Assembly (NCBI GenBank): GCA_963769935.1
Contig: CAVYNY010000019.1
Location: 64,001-128,000 of the forward strand
DNA: 64,000 bases
Direction: 5' to 3'
Source of the DNA: an uncultured delta proteobacterium
Lineage (GTDB): Bacteria; Desulfobacterota; Desulfobacteria; Desulfobacterales; JAFDCJ01
The notes below the pieces were generated by a model, which was given only the letters and a program-made list of their open reading frames with translations, had not been told where the DNA came from and did not search any database. Below, one piece after another: positions 52,932-63,280 of the stretch; the first letter of the stretch is position 1, and each line of letters starts with the position of its first letter. Position numbers and translations under genes: made by a program.

Positions 52932-54533
52932 ATGTCTAAACAAAAAACCATCAATCCAGGACAGAAAAAACAAAACAAAATTCAGCAAACGGTTCCCGAA
53001 ACCAAAAACTTTGCAACTGCCGCGGTTTTTAAAAGAGATAAAAAATTTGATTATATTCTAATCGGCTTAATCTTAGCCTATTTTCTTTTTTATTTTTTCA
53101 AACTTTATTCATCTCTGGGAAACACATTTTTTTGGGCCGATGAAAATGTCCATGCCTATATCAGCTCGATTATCCTGAAAACCAGAAGCCTGCCCGCCGT
53201 GCTGCCTGAGGATATATATGGCGGCTTTGAGTATTCATATCCGCCTCTTTTTCACATTTTCGGCGCCATTGTGATGTCGATCGCCGGATTCTCGGCCCTT
53301 AAATTTACCAATCTTATCCTTTTAATCTTTTTTTTAGCTGGATTTTATTTCCTGATACGCGCTTATTGCGGAAACAGTGCAGCCTTACTTGCAAGTTTAT
53401 TGATTAGTTTATCACCGACCATAGCAATGAATGCGATCCGCTTTATGACCGAAATGCTCTCAATGGCGCTGGTATTTTTTTCGTTCATTTTTTTGGCAAC
53501 GGCCATAAAAAAATCAAACCATTGCTACGCCATAATGTCCGGCTTATCAACCGGCTTGTTGTTACTGAGCAAGCAGCTCGGAATAGTTGTATTAGGCTTC
53601 TATTTTTTGCTGCTTATCTGGTTCTTTTTTAACCACAAGCCGGATGTGCGTCTGATACTTTACGTTATCGGGGCATCGGCTTGTATTTTTATTCCCTACC
53701 TTATTTGGGCAGTTTATAACGGAATCGGAATTTTTGGTTTTTTATCCGTATTTTCCGGAACTAAAGCAGAGTGGGCTGCTTCGGCGGTGAAATCATTCCG
53801 GAGATATGATTCTTCGCTCAAGGAATTTTCTTATCTTTTTTATCTGGGAAACGGGTTTGTAATATGTATTTCTTTATTAGTGCCGCTTTATCATTTCGTA
53901 AGGACCCGCGCCAAAGACCGTCCGCAAAATTATGGTTTTATTTTGCTCGTCTATCTCGCAGCGGCAATGATAATATGGCATATCACCAACCAAAGACATA
54001 CGATAACCCTTATACCCTTGCTCGCTTTTTTGTTCGGGTATGCTCTCCAGCAAATAATCACGAATAAAACGGTAATGAGAGTTTTAATTTTATTTTTAGC
54101 AATTATCGCTGGATATTCAACATTTCAAATGCCCAATTATCGCCGGAGCTATAATGCTCCGGAAGAGTTCCTTGAATTAACCAAGATTATAAAAAACGAT
54201 GATGTCTCAAAGGGGAAAACCCTTGCTGTTTACGCTTTCGATACTGTTATATATACGGGCAAACCGGCAATCTGGCCATATCCTAATTTGCGCACGATCC
54301 CTATTAATTTATTTGAGAATCAAACCCCGTCAAGTTTATTCGATTTGCTGAAATATTATAAAATAGATTACATCCTGATTGATTTTCAAATGGTTACAAA
54401 TTTAGATACGTTTATGGGACGAAACTATCCCATTTCATTTGTTCGGAACTGTGAAACACTGACGCGGAAAGGAAAACTATCCTTCCAGGCGCTGTCAAAA
54501 TCAAAGCAGTTCCTTCTGCTCAAGGTTAGCTAA
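52932..54533 (+). CDS. ArnT/PMT-like GT-C membrane glycosyltransferase
   Basis: WADENVH, YPPLF, MTE, LSKQ; many TM segments. Confidence 0.75.
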   Translation: MSKQKTINPGQKKQNKIQQTVPETKNFATAAVFKRDKKFDYILIGLILAYFLFYFFKLYSSLGNTFFWADENVHAYISSIILKTRSLPAVLPEDIYGGFEYSYPPLFHIFGAIVMSIAGFSALKFTNLILLIFFLAGFYFLIRAYCGNSAALLASLLISLSPTIAMNAIRFMTEMLSMALVFFSFIFLATAIKKSNHCYAIMSGLSTGLLLLSKQLGIVVLGFYFLLLIWFFFNHKPDVRLILYVIGASACIFIPYLIWAVYNGIGIFGFLSVFSGTKAEWAASAVKSFRRYDSSLKEFSYLFYLGNGFVICISLLVPLYHFVRTRAKDRPQNYGFILLVYLAAAMIIWHITNQRHTITLIPLLAFLFGYALQQIITNKTVMRVLILFLAIIAGYSTFQMPNYRRSYNAPEEFLELTKIIKNDDVSKGKTLAVYAFDTVIYTGKPAIWPYPNLRTIPINLFENQTPSSLFDLLKYYKIDYILIDFQMVTNLDTFMGRNYPISFVRNCETLTRKGKLSFQALSKSKQFLLLKVS

Positions 54534-54560
54534 CATAAGCAGCTTACAAGAGAGAATCGT

Positions 54561-55595
54561 ATGTCAAGTCTTCGAATCGTCGGACTAATCATCGGAATTG
54601 CGGGTCTTATCGCAACCTTTCTGTTTTACCGTGGCCCCAAGTGGAATCGGTTCAATTTTGCTTTTTTCTCTTTATTCAACCTTTCACTTATCGCTGTAAC
54701 GATTAATCCCAATGTCGTCAACTTTCTGCGCGACCTGTTGTCACTGCAGGAATATCAATACGGCCGGATTCTGGCATTACTGATCATTTCGAACCTGATC
54801 CTCGTTTTTTTCTGCTTTTACAGCCTTTCAAAAGTCGAAAGCTTCAGGCTGCAATTCGATAAACTGGTCCGCAAAATCGGCTCGGGTTATTTAGACGCTG
54901 CCTCCGAAAGTATTAAAGCCGTTATGGTATTAATACCTGCATATAATGAGTCGGAAAATTTGAAATATTTACTGCCCATAATGCCCGGACCGTATCAACA
55001 ATAAAGAAGTCGGCGTTCTGGTGGTGGATGACGGCAGTGATGACGATACCAAGGAAATTGTTAAAAGCCACGGCCATACGTTGTCTCCAATGTTATCAAC
55101 CGCGGCGGAGGAGCAGCTCTGCGTCTCGGATATGACATATTGCGGAATTCAGAGGCCGATATCTGTATAACCATGGACGCAGATGGGCAGCATCGACCAG
55201 AAGAAATTGAAAAACTGGTCTTGCCTATCATAAAAGATGAGTACGATATCGTTATCGGCTCGCGAGTCCTGGGAACCAGAGAAAAGGACAGCCCCATCAG
55301 GGCAGCGGGTGTTCGTGTCTTTGGAGTGATTATCAGTTCACTGCTGGGCCAGCGGATATCAGATCCCTCGAGTGGTTTCAGAGCATTTAAAATGGACAAA
55401 ATAAAGAACATCGATTTGCGTGAGGATCAATACCATACCAGTGAACTGGTCATTGAAGCGGTTAAAAAGGGGTTGCGGGTAAAAGAGGTGCCCATCACCA
55501 TATTGAAAAGAAAATACGGTAAGAGCAAAAAAGGCAAAAATTTGAAATACGGCTTTTATTTCGCAAAAACGATTATTAAGGCCTGGTGGAGGTAG
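54561..55595 (+). CDS. DUF2304-like membrane domain fused to a DPM1-like GT2 (two frameshifts, near 54990 and 55080)
   Basis: Three TM segments then LIPAYNE, VVDDGSDD, TMDADGQH, IGSR, DPSSGFRAF across three frames. Confidence 0.78.
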
Positions 55596-55668
55596 CCGAA
55601 TCTCAGCAGAATTATTCCAAGACTTACAAAACCCGAGGTTGCTCTACTGAATACTTCTACATAAAAAT

Positions 55669-56696
55669 ATGAATCCATCAGCTTCATCCAAATCTTGAGA
55701 CAAATGACTCCCCACCGGTCAGCGTAATTATCCTGACCTACAATGGAAGTAAATTCATAAAAACGCTTTTAGATTCGATATCGAACCAGTCATACCCGCA
55801 GGACCGGATGGAAATACTGGTTGTGGATAATGCTTCCAGTGATGAAACCCTCAGCATTATCCGGCAGACCCATCCATCGGTAAAAATTGTTGCCCTTGAG
55901 GAAAATATTGGCTATGCCGCTGGCAATAATCACGCGCTATTGCATGCCAGCCATGATCTGATGGTATTTTTAAACCAAGATACCATTTGTCATCCCCGTT
56001 TCTTGCAATCTATGGTCGGTATGATGGAGAGAGATAAGACGCTGGCCGCCTGCAACCCGAATATTATTACGCCGGAAGCCCCTGGTTTTGGTGAGTTGAG
56101 TGCCGACTTTACACCTGAATACTTATATTTATGGGATCTGGCGCCCTGTGGATATGGACAGAATCGGATTATTAACGGAAAAAATGTGATTTGCACCAAA
56201 CTGCTGTCCGGCTGCGCGTTTATTATCCGGCGGGAAACAGTTGCAAAGCTGGGATACCTCTTTGACGATCAACTCTGGATGTATGCTGAAGACACCGACC
56301 TATCCTTACGGCTGCACAATCTGGGTCAAAAGATTAGTGTCATCCGCAACGCGGTTGTATATCATTGGCACCACAGCAATTTGACTTTGGGTAAGAACCG
56401 GCTGCTTACGGCCGCCGGCGCCATCAAAAATCGGGTATATGTCTATTATAAAAACATGACGGGATTGGAATTTTTCCTATTTTTCCCGTTTTTATTTTTG
56501 GGAGGGATATTCAAAATCCTTGAATTTCCCCTCGGCAGCCACCCGCAAAGCCATATATTTTCTTCCGTTTGGCTTATTTTCTCTGGCTTGCATGATGGCG
56601 GCATTTACTAAACTGCCCCGGTTTACGGCCCAAAAACGACTTACCTGGGGAAACGACGTATTCCAAATTTTTCTCTGTTAAAACTTATACTCTAGA
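55669..56696 (+). CDS. GT2 glycosyltransferase (frameshifts near both ends)
   Basis: VSVIILTYN upstream of the called ORF, VVDNASSD, NIGYAAGNN, FLNQD, YAEDTDL. Confidence 0.8.
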
Positions 56697-56738
56697 TGAA
56701 ATATAGGATATTGAAGGCCTTTTGCTGAGGATCAATTT

Positions 56739-57362
56739 ATGAATGTAGATTTATCGTACCGGCTGCAAATTTTGTCGGAACGCGTCAAATATAGATGGCG
56801 ATCTCTGAGGTTTTATACCAGAGACATCCTCATTGGTGATAACTACCGGATCGGCGAATATACCTATGGACGACCCAAAGTAATTGCTTTCACGAAAAAC
56901 ACTCGGCTTATCATCGGCAAATTTTGTTCAGTAGCGGCCAATGTAAAAATAATTCTCGGTGCCGACCATAGATTGGACTGGGTGTCCACCTATCCGTTTC
57001 CCGCTCTAGGTAAAATATGGCCCGAGGCGGAGGGCGTAGAGGGACATCCTGCCTCAAAGGGCGATGTCGTCATTGGCAACGATGTCTGGATTGCAGAAGG
57101 TGCCGTAATCCTTTCCGGGGTAAAAATCGGGGACGGGGCTGTGATCGGCAGCCAAGCAGTTGTATCAAAGGATGTCGCTCCTTATGCCGTAGTTTCCGGT
57201 AATCCGGCCAGGCTTGTTAAAATGCGATTCGATGAGGATACAGTAAAAATGCTGTTGCAAATTCAATGGTGGAACTGGCCCGTCGAAAAAATAAGACAAC
57301 ATCTGCATTTGATATGCAGTCAGAACCTTGATGAATTCCTGCGCCTGGCTGAAAAATTATGA
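56739..57362 (+). CDS. CatB/Vat-like hexapeptide O-acetyltransferase
   Basis: IGKFCS, STYPF, IGNDVWI..GVKIGDGAVIG, WWNWP. Confidence 0.9.
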   Translation: MNVDLSYRLQILSERVKYRWRSLRFYTRDILIGDNYRIGEYTYGRPKVIAFTKNTRLIIGKFCSVAANVKIILGADHRLDWVSTYPFPALGKIWPEAEGVEGHPASKGDVVIGNDVWIAEGAVILSGVKIGDGAVIGSQAVVSKDVAPYAVVSGNPARLVKMRFDEDTVKMLLQIQWWNWPVEKIRQHLHLICSQNLDEFLRLAEKL

Positions 57363-58276
57363 ACGGTGCCGACACTAACCCTTGCCGCCTTTGTGGAGAG
57401 AAAAGCCACCAGATCATTCTGGGTGATATTATCACCAGGACCAACGATCATTTTGCGTTGAACCAATGCGATAATTGCACTCTGGTAACAACATATCCCA
57501 TGCCTTCGGATAAATTGCTGCAGCAGTATTATAATCAGAATTACTGGCAATCCGACCGGCAAAATATTAAACCTTCGCTCAATATTCTATATCAGCTGCG
57601 CATGAAGCCTATCGTTTCAGCCATTCGGAAGTATACACACGCTGAAAGCAAGCTCCTGGATTGGGGTTGCGGTGACGGGTCATTTATAAGACTTCTACGC
57701 AAATTTGGATTGCACTGTTTCGGCATCGATGCCTACAAACAGAACCTGGACGATCCGCAGCTATCATTGACATCGATTGAAAAAGCTGATTTCCCGGATG
57801 AGTATTTCGATATTATCACCTGTTTTCATGTTCTGGAGCACCTGGCTGATCCGCTCACCTCGGTTAAAAACGCATTGAGATTGGTAAAAACCGGCGGAGT
57901 GATAATCATCGAGGTCCCCAACCTTGATTCAGTCGGCTTTCGGATATTTAAGAACCGCTGGCAGCCCCTGGAGATACCGACCCACTTAAATCATTTCACC
58001 CCGACTACCTTGCAACGGGTATTTCAATCTGCCGGAAAGGTAAAAATTTTTGAGATAGAATTTTTTTCCCACCGTATTTCTCCCAGTGCCCTGGTGTTAT
58101 CGGTATTACCTTCTCTTTCTCCCAGAAGCGCGCGCAAGAAATATGAAGGCCGATACCCCTTATCACATTTAACCTTCTATTTTATGACGCAGTTGCTCGC
58201 ATATCCATTGGCAGCGGCAGGTTCCTCTCTGGGTCATGGAGAAATCGTCCGTATGTACGTCAGGAAATCCGGCTGA
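57359..58276 (+). CDS. Class I SAM methyltransferase with N-terminal CxxC..CxxC
   Basis: CRLC, CDNC, LLDWGCGDG, FHVLEH, EVPN. Confidence 0.88.
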   Translation: MNGADTNPCRLCGEKSHQIILGDIITRTNDHFALNQCDNCTLVTTYPMPSDKLLQQYYNQNYWQSDRQNIKPSLNILYQLRMKPIVSAIRKYTHAESKLLDWGCGDGSFIRLLRKFGLHCFGIDAYKQNLDDPQLSLTSIEKADFPDEYFDIITCFHVLEHLADPLTSVKNALRLVKTGGVIIIEVPNLDSVGFRIFKNRWQPLEIPTHLNHFTPTTLQRVFQSAGKVKIFEIEFFSHRISPSALVLSVLPSLSPRSARKKYEGRYPLSHLTFYFMTQLLAYPLAAAGSSLGHGEIVRMYVRKSG

Positions 58277-59208
58277 TGAAATTAAAATTTTTTCTGCGCA
58301 TAATCGGACCCATTATTTTTATCATCCTATTTTACGTCTACATTGATGTTCATAGGCTGATAGATATTCTTAGGGCTTCGAAATGGGAGTTTTTTATTGC
58401 CAGTCTGGCGCTCAACCCGCCCTTGATTTTCATTAGAAGCATCCGCTGGCAGATCATCTTGTCAAAATACGATATTTTCTATAAAAAATGGCAATGCTAT
58501 AAAATATATTTTGTGGAAATGGTTGCGATCATGGTGGTTGCTGCGGTCGGGACTTTTGCCAAAGTAGTATATCTTAAACGGGACGGCCACGGTCTGCTGC
58601 AGCCGTTGCTGTCCATATTGGCTGAAAAATATTATGATTATCTGCTGCCGTTGATATTTGGCGCCATCAGTCTTTTTTTAGTGTGGCTAAGGCCTGATTC
58701 CGCTGTGGGATTGATCTTATTTTTATTGCTAACGCTACTGGCGTTTATTCCGGCCCGCAAAGCCTGTCTGCTGCTTTCTCCGCGGTTGCTGCCGAGGCGC
58801 TTAAACGAGCTGCTTAACAAAAAAGGCTGGCCTATAAATGAACATCTGACAAAAATACATGATATCTTGAATTTTAAAATGTATATTTTCTCAATCATGG
58901 CCTTTGGCCTTTATTTTGTCAGCATATATTGTTTAACGAAGGGACTGCGCCTGGAACTGAGTTTTTTTCAAGTAGTGCTGATCATGACGATTACTTCACT
59001 GATCACGCTGATCCCCATATCTTTTTTAGGAATCGGCACTAGAGACGCCGGTTTACTGGCAGTTTTCAGTTTTTTTGGGCGCACCCCGGAACAGGCCGTA
59101 GCCTTATCCATGGCACTGCTACTCTTGAGAATTGCGATTGTATTTATGGGTTCGATTTTCTGGTTTATCGACCCGCCCCCACTGGCTGAGCTGAGGCAAT
59201 TAAAATAA
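58276..59208 (+). CDS. LPG-synthase TM / UPF0104 flippase-like protein
   Basis: RSIRWQ, EKYYD, IPISFLGIGTRDAG. Confidence 0.82.
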   Translation: MKLKFFLRIIGPIIFIILFYVYIDVHRLIDILRASKWEFFIASLALNPPLIFIRSIRWQIILSKYDIFYKKWQCYKIYFVEMVAIMVVAAVGTFAKVVYLKRDGHGLLQPLLSILAEKYYDYLLPLIFGAISLFLVWLRPDSAVGLILFLLLTLLAFIPARKACLLLSPRLLPRRLNELLNKKGWPINEHLTKIHDILNFKMYIFSIMAFGLYFVSIYCLTKGLRLELSFFQVVLIMTITSLITLIPISFLGIGTRDAGLLAVFSFFGRTPEQAVALSMALLLLRIAIVFMGSIFWFIDPPPLAELRQLK

Positions 59209-59235
59209 AGCCTATATTGATATAAACAGGTAACA

Positions 59236-61871
59236 TTGATGGCCGTGAAGAAACAATCCCCCGAGCTTAAAAAGAAACAAATCAAACAGGACGCGCAGGT
59301 ATCGAAAGAGCGCCCAAAGGCACTTGCAGAGAGCGAACGGGTGTCATTTATTAATTTCGACCGGTATCAGGCTCTTCTTCTGGCCTTGTTGATTTTGATG
59401 GGCTTCATCGTTTATTCCAATACCTTCCACTCACCTTTTGTCTTTGATGATAAAACGGCAATAACAGAGAACCCCTTTATTCGAATGGGGGAGATCAACT
59501 CCAGGAGCATAATCGATGCTGCAACGGGATATGGCAAAAACCGCCCGGTGGCAATGATAAGTTTTGCATTTAACTACTATTTTGACCAGTACAATGTGAT
59601 TGGATACCACCTGGTCAATATATTTATTCATATCATAAATGGCATTTTGCTCTTCTTCCTAGTGAAACTAACGCTGACGCTGTCAAATCAGCAGGCAGAT
59701 ACAACCCGCAAATTAAATCCGAGAACGGTTACCAACCTGTCCTTTTTCACAGCGCTTTTATGGCTCCTAAACCCCGTACAAACCCAGTCTGTTACCTATA
59801 TCGTTCAACGAATGAACAGCATGGGGGCCATGTTCTATATCCTGGCACTATGGTTGTACGCCAAAGGGCGAATTGCGCAGCAAATATCCGGCCAGGATGT
59901 TGCGGCTCGGTCAAGATGTTATGTTTGGTGGTTTGCGGGATGCTTTCTGGCGGGCATTCTGGCGTTTGGCAGTAAAGAAAGTACGGCGTTCCTACCGGTA
60001 ATTATTTTCCTGTACGAATGGTACTTCTTTCAGGATCTCAGCAAAGATTGGCTTAAACGCCGTTTGAAATTGGCACTGGCCCTTACAGTTCTTTTAGTTC
60101 TCATTGCCTTGATATATACCGATTTTGACCCGTTTGACTAAATTGAATCGACTTAATGATTTTTCGAAAAATGAATTTACGATAGCTCAAAGAGCTTTAA
60201 CTCAACTGCGGGTGGTTATTTACTATATCAGTTTATTGTTTTATCCCCATCCGTCCCGGCTGAATCTGGATTACGATTTTCCGCTCTCTTATTCACTGAT
60301 TAATCCCATCACGACCCTGCCGTCTCTGGTATTAATTCTCGGCCTGGTCGCACTGGGATTATACCTGGCCAAAAAGCAGCGCTTGATATCATTTTGTATT
60401 TTCTGGTTTTTAGGAAACCTGGTGGTTGAATCATCTGTGATTCCTCTGGCCATTATTTTTGAACACCGGCTGTATATGCCTTCCATGCTGGTCGGCCTGG
60501 TGGCCGTCCATTGTGTTTATCGGCACCTCAAGCCGCAATGGTTGACCGTTGGTATTTGCGGCAGTTCTGGTTGCAATTTTTTCTTACTGGACGTTTCAAA
60601 GAAATGATGTCTGGCGAAACGATGTAACTCTGTGGGCAGATTGTGTAAAAAAATCCCCCGACAAGGCTCGACCCCATTTAAACCTGGGGGAAGCCCTGCT
60701 AAATCAGAAACGGTATGATGAAGCCCTGACCAATCTCCTGAAGGCTATCCAAATAGACCCAAATTATGTTGAAGCCCATCTTAATCTGGGGGTCCTCTAC
60801 GACAAGCAGGGGGAAACGGATAAAGCCATCGAACAATACCATAGGGCCATTCAGATTGATCCAAATTATGCCAAGGCTTACAACAACCTGGGAGCCGCAC
60901 TCACAAAGCAGGGTAAACCGGACGAGGCGATATCAAGCCTCCAAAAAGCCTTGCAGATAGATCCTGATTTTTCTGAAGCGCACATGAACGTGGGAGTCGC
61001 ACTTGCAGCACAGGATAAAAACGATGCGGCGATCGAACACTTTAAAAAAGCCCTGCAATTGAACCCGAACCTGGCCAGAGCACAATTTCTGCTGGGAGAT
61101 GCACTGCTGAAGCGAGGTCAGACCGAACAAGGCATCCATCACATTGAAATCGCATTGCAAATGGATCCCGATTATGCCGAAGCCCACAATAATCTGGGGG
61201 CAGAACTTTTGCGGCAGGGAAAAGTCGATGAAGCCCTGGAGCATTTCAATGCGGCACTGAAAACTAACCCTGACATAGCGGAAGCCCACAACAATGTGGG
61301 GATCATCATGATCCAAAAAGGCAATCTCGACGCGGCGATTTCGCATTTTCAGAAGGCGCTGCAAATAGCGCCTGAATTTGAACCGGCAAAGAACAATCTG
61401 CAAAAAGCGCTGGCCATCCGGCAAAATAAAATGGGTGCGGAGGCCGAAAGACTCCTGACGGCCCTGAAAAGCAGCCCGGACGATCCGGTATTGAACTATA
61501 GATTGGGCAATTTGTATCTCGGCCAGGGAGAATTAAACAACGCCGTTCGCCGATTTGAAAAAGCACTGGCACTGCAGCCGAAATTTCCGGAGGCCCAGAA
61601 CAACCTGGCGCTGGCCTATGCCGCCGGCCGGCAATATGATCGGGCGCTGGCCGCCTTTAAAAAACTAGTCGAGCTTGATCCGGACAACCCCAGCACCTAC
61701 TACAACATCGCCGTCTTGCATGCCCTGCAGAACAATGTGGCCGACGCTATAGTTTGGCTAAAAAAAGCGGTTGACAGAGGCTATCAGAACTGGGAGCTGA
61801 TAAAAACGGATAAGGATCTGGCAAATATCAGGCAGTCGGAAGATTATAAGCAACTGGTAAAAGGGCATTAG
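59236..61871 (+). CDS. TMTC-like GT-C + long TPR array (frameshifts near 60130 and 60560)
   Basis: FVFDD, NRP, NPVQTQSVTYIVQR, SKE, EHRLYMP; about 11 TPRs. Confidence 0.85.
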
Positions 61872-62096
61872 AAGGTTCAGAGGTTTTGGGTTCCGGGTTC
61901 AGAGGTTTCTGGTTCAGCGCAGTTGCTGGATATCGATGTCATTGTTTGAATAGAGTTAATGGCTGGGCTCAACCCTGATTGCGGGGTTGTCTCCTGGGGC
62001 TATAGTCCGGAGGGCGAAGTCCCAAGCCCCAAACCTATGGACCCTGAACGCTGAACCTTCAACTCTGAACCCTGAACCTATGAACCTCTGAACCTA
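61872..62096. repeat. Inverted pair of GGTTCAG / CTGAACC arrays
   Basis: ggttcagaggttttgggttccgggttcagagg ... ccctgaacgctgaaccttcaactctgaaccctgaacctatgaacctctgaacc. Confidence 0.82.
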
Positions 62097-62104
62097 AATT
62101 TCCA

Positions 62105-62260
62105 TTGACACACCCGCCTGCTTGAGATATGGCTTCATTCAATTAACGTCAGGCTGAAGCCTGGACGACGGATCATTATCACAGAAAAACAGACCAAGAA
62201 TGCCGGCCACGAAGGTTATGTGCCCTGAAGGCACAAAGTACCCGTGGCTTTTTTTGTTTA
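62105..62260 (+). promoter_or_regulatory. Putative promoter plus structured leader with a terminator-like hairpin
   Basis: TTGACA-17bp-TATGGC, then gccacg..gtgcc/ggcac..cgtggc followed by a T7 tract upstream of cbiQ. Confidence 0.5.
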
Positions 62261-62307
62261 GCGCCTATCTCAACATTAGCAGTTCATCGGATTTAGAAAA
62301 CATCGCT

Positions 62308-63066
62308 ATGATTTCAGAAACTTTTGCCACCGGCAATTCAATTATTCACAAACTCGACCCGCGAACGCGGATAATCTCTGCAACGGTTTATTGTTTTGTG
62401 GTGGCGTTTTCCGAACATTTTCCGGTACTGTTGACCGCTGTCGCTATTTCTGCGGCGCTGGTTCTCCTGAGTGGAATTCGATTGAAAGATATCGGCCGAC
62501 GCATGATGATTGTCAACGGGTTTATTCTGCTGCTGTGGGCAGTACTGCCCTTGACCTATGGCGGAGAAGCGCTTTTTCAGATTGGCTGGCTTGATGTTTC
62601 CCGTCAGGGAGTAAACCTGTCGGCTCGGATCACATTAAAATCAAATGCAATTTTACTTGCTTTTATCAGTCTTATCGCCACCATGCCTTTGGCCACCCTG
62701 GGCCATGCGCTAAAAAAGCTGGGGGTACCGTCAAAAATAATTCACCTGCTGCTGATGAACTGCCGCTATGTATTCGTCATCGAGCAGGAATATCAGCGGC
62801 TCATCCGGGCGGCTAAAATCCGCGGCTTTCAGCCCGGAACCAATCTGCACACCTACCGCACCTACGCTTATGTCATCGGCATGCTGCTGGTGCGGACGGC
62901 ATCCAGAGCCCAGCGGGTTCACCAGGCTATGCTCTGCCGGGGATTTAAAGGCACCTTTTACAGTCTGCAGGAATTTAGCAGGGACCGCAATGCCTGGATT
63001 TTTTCAATGTTGATGACGATCATCAATATTGGACTCATCATCATGGAACTAACAAAGGTGGGGTAG
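62308..63066 (+). CDS. cbiQ: ECF transporter T component, CbiQ/NikQ type
   Basis: IHKLDPRTR, RYVFVI, IRGF, AMLCRGF. Confidence 0.88.
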   Translation: MISETFATGNSIIHKLDPRTRIISATVYCFVVAFSEHFPVLLTAVAISAALVLLSGIRLKDIGRRMMIVNGFILLLWAVLPLTYGGEALFQIGWLDVSRQGVNLSARITLKSNAILLAFISLIATMPLATLGHALKKLGVPSKIIHLLLMNCRYVFVIEQEYQRLIRAAKIRGFQPGTNLHTYRTYAYVIGMLLVRTASRAQRVHQAMLCRGFKGTFYSLQEFSRDRNAWIFSMLMTIINIGLIIMELTKVG

Positions 63067-63280
63067 AAAATACCCTGAGGATAGGTTTCAGGTGCCGGGT
63101 GTCAGATAAAAAACTCACAGCTGATAGCTCATAGTTCATAGTTAAAAGACACCGAGAAATTCGAATGTTGAACAGCAGAATCTTTCCAATGCGGACAAGT
63201 TTTGAAGGGTCGTTTCGCTCGCGCAGTGCAGGCGCTTGCGCCGCGTGTTACTCAGTCTTTTATAAAAGGGCAACCAACAT

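Noticed and set aside
56739..57362. Antibiotic resistance gene (catB/vat)
   Set aside because: The family is broad, and the glycan-cluster context favours a sugar O-acetyltransferase.
62130..62260. Cobalamin riboswitch upstream of cbiQ
   Set aside because: Could not find the B12-box or GGGAA...GCCCCCGC core; kept only as an unassigned leader.
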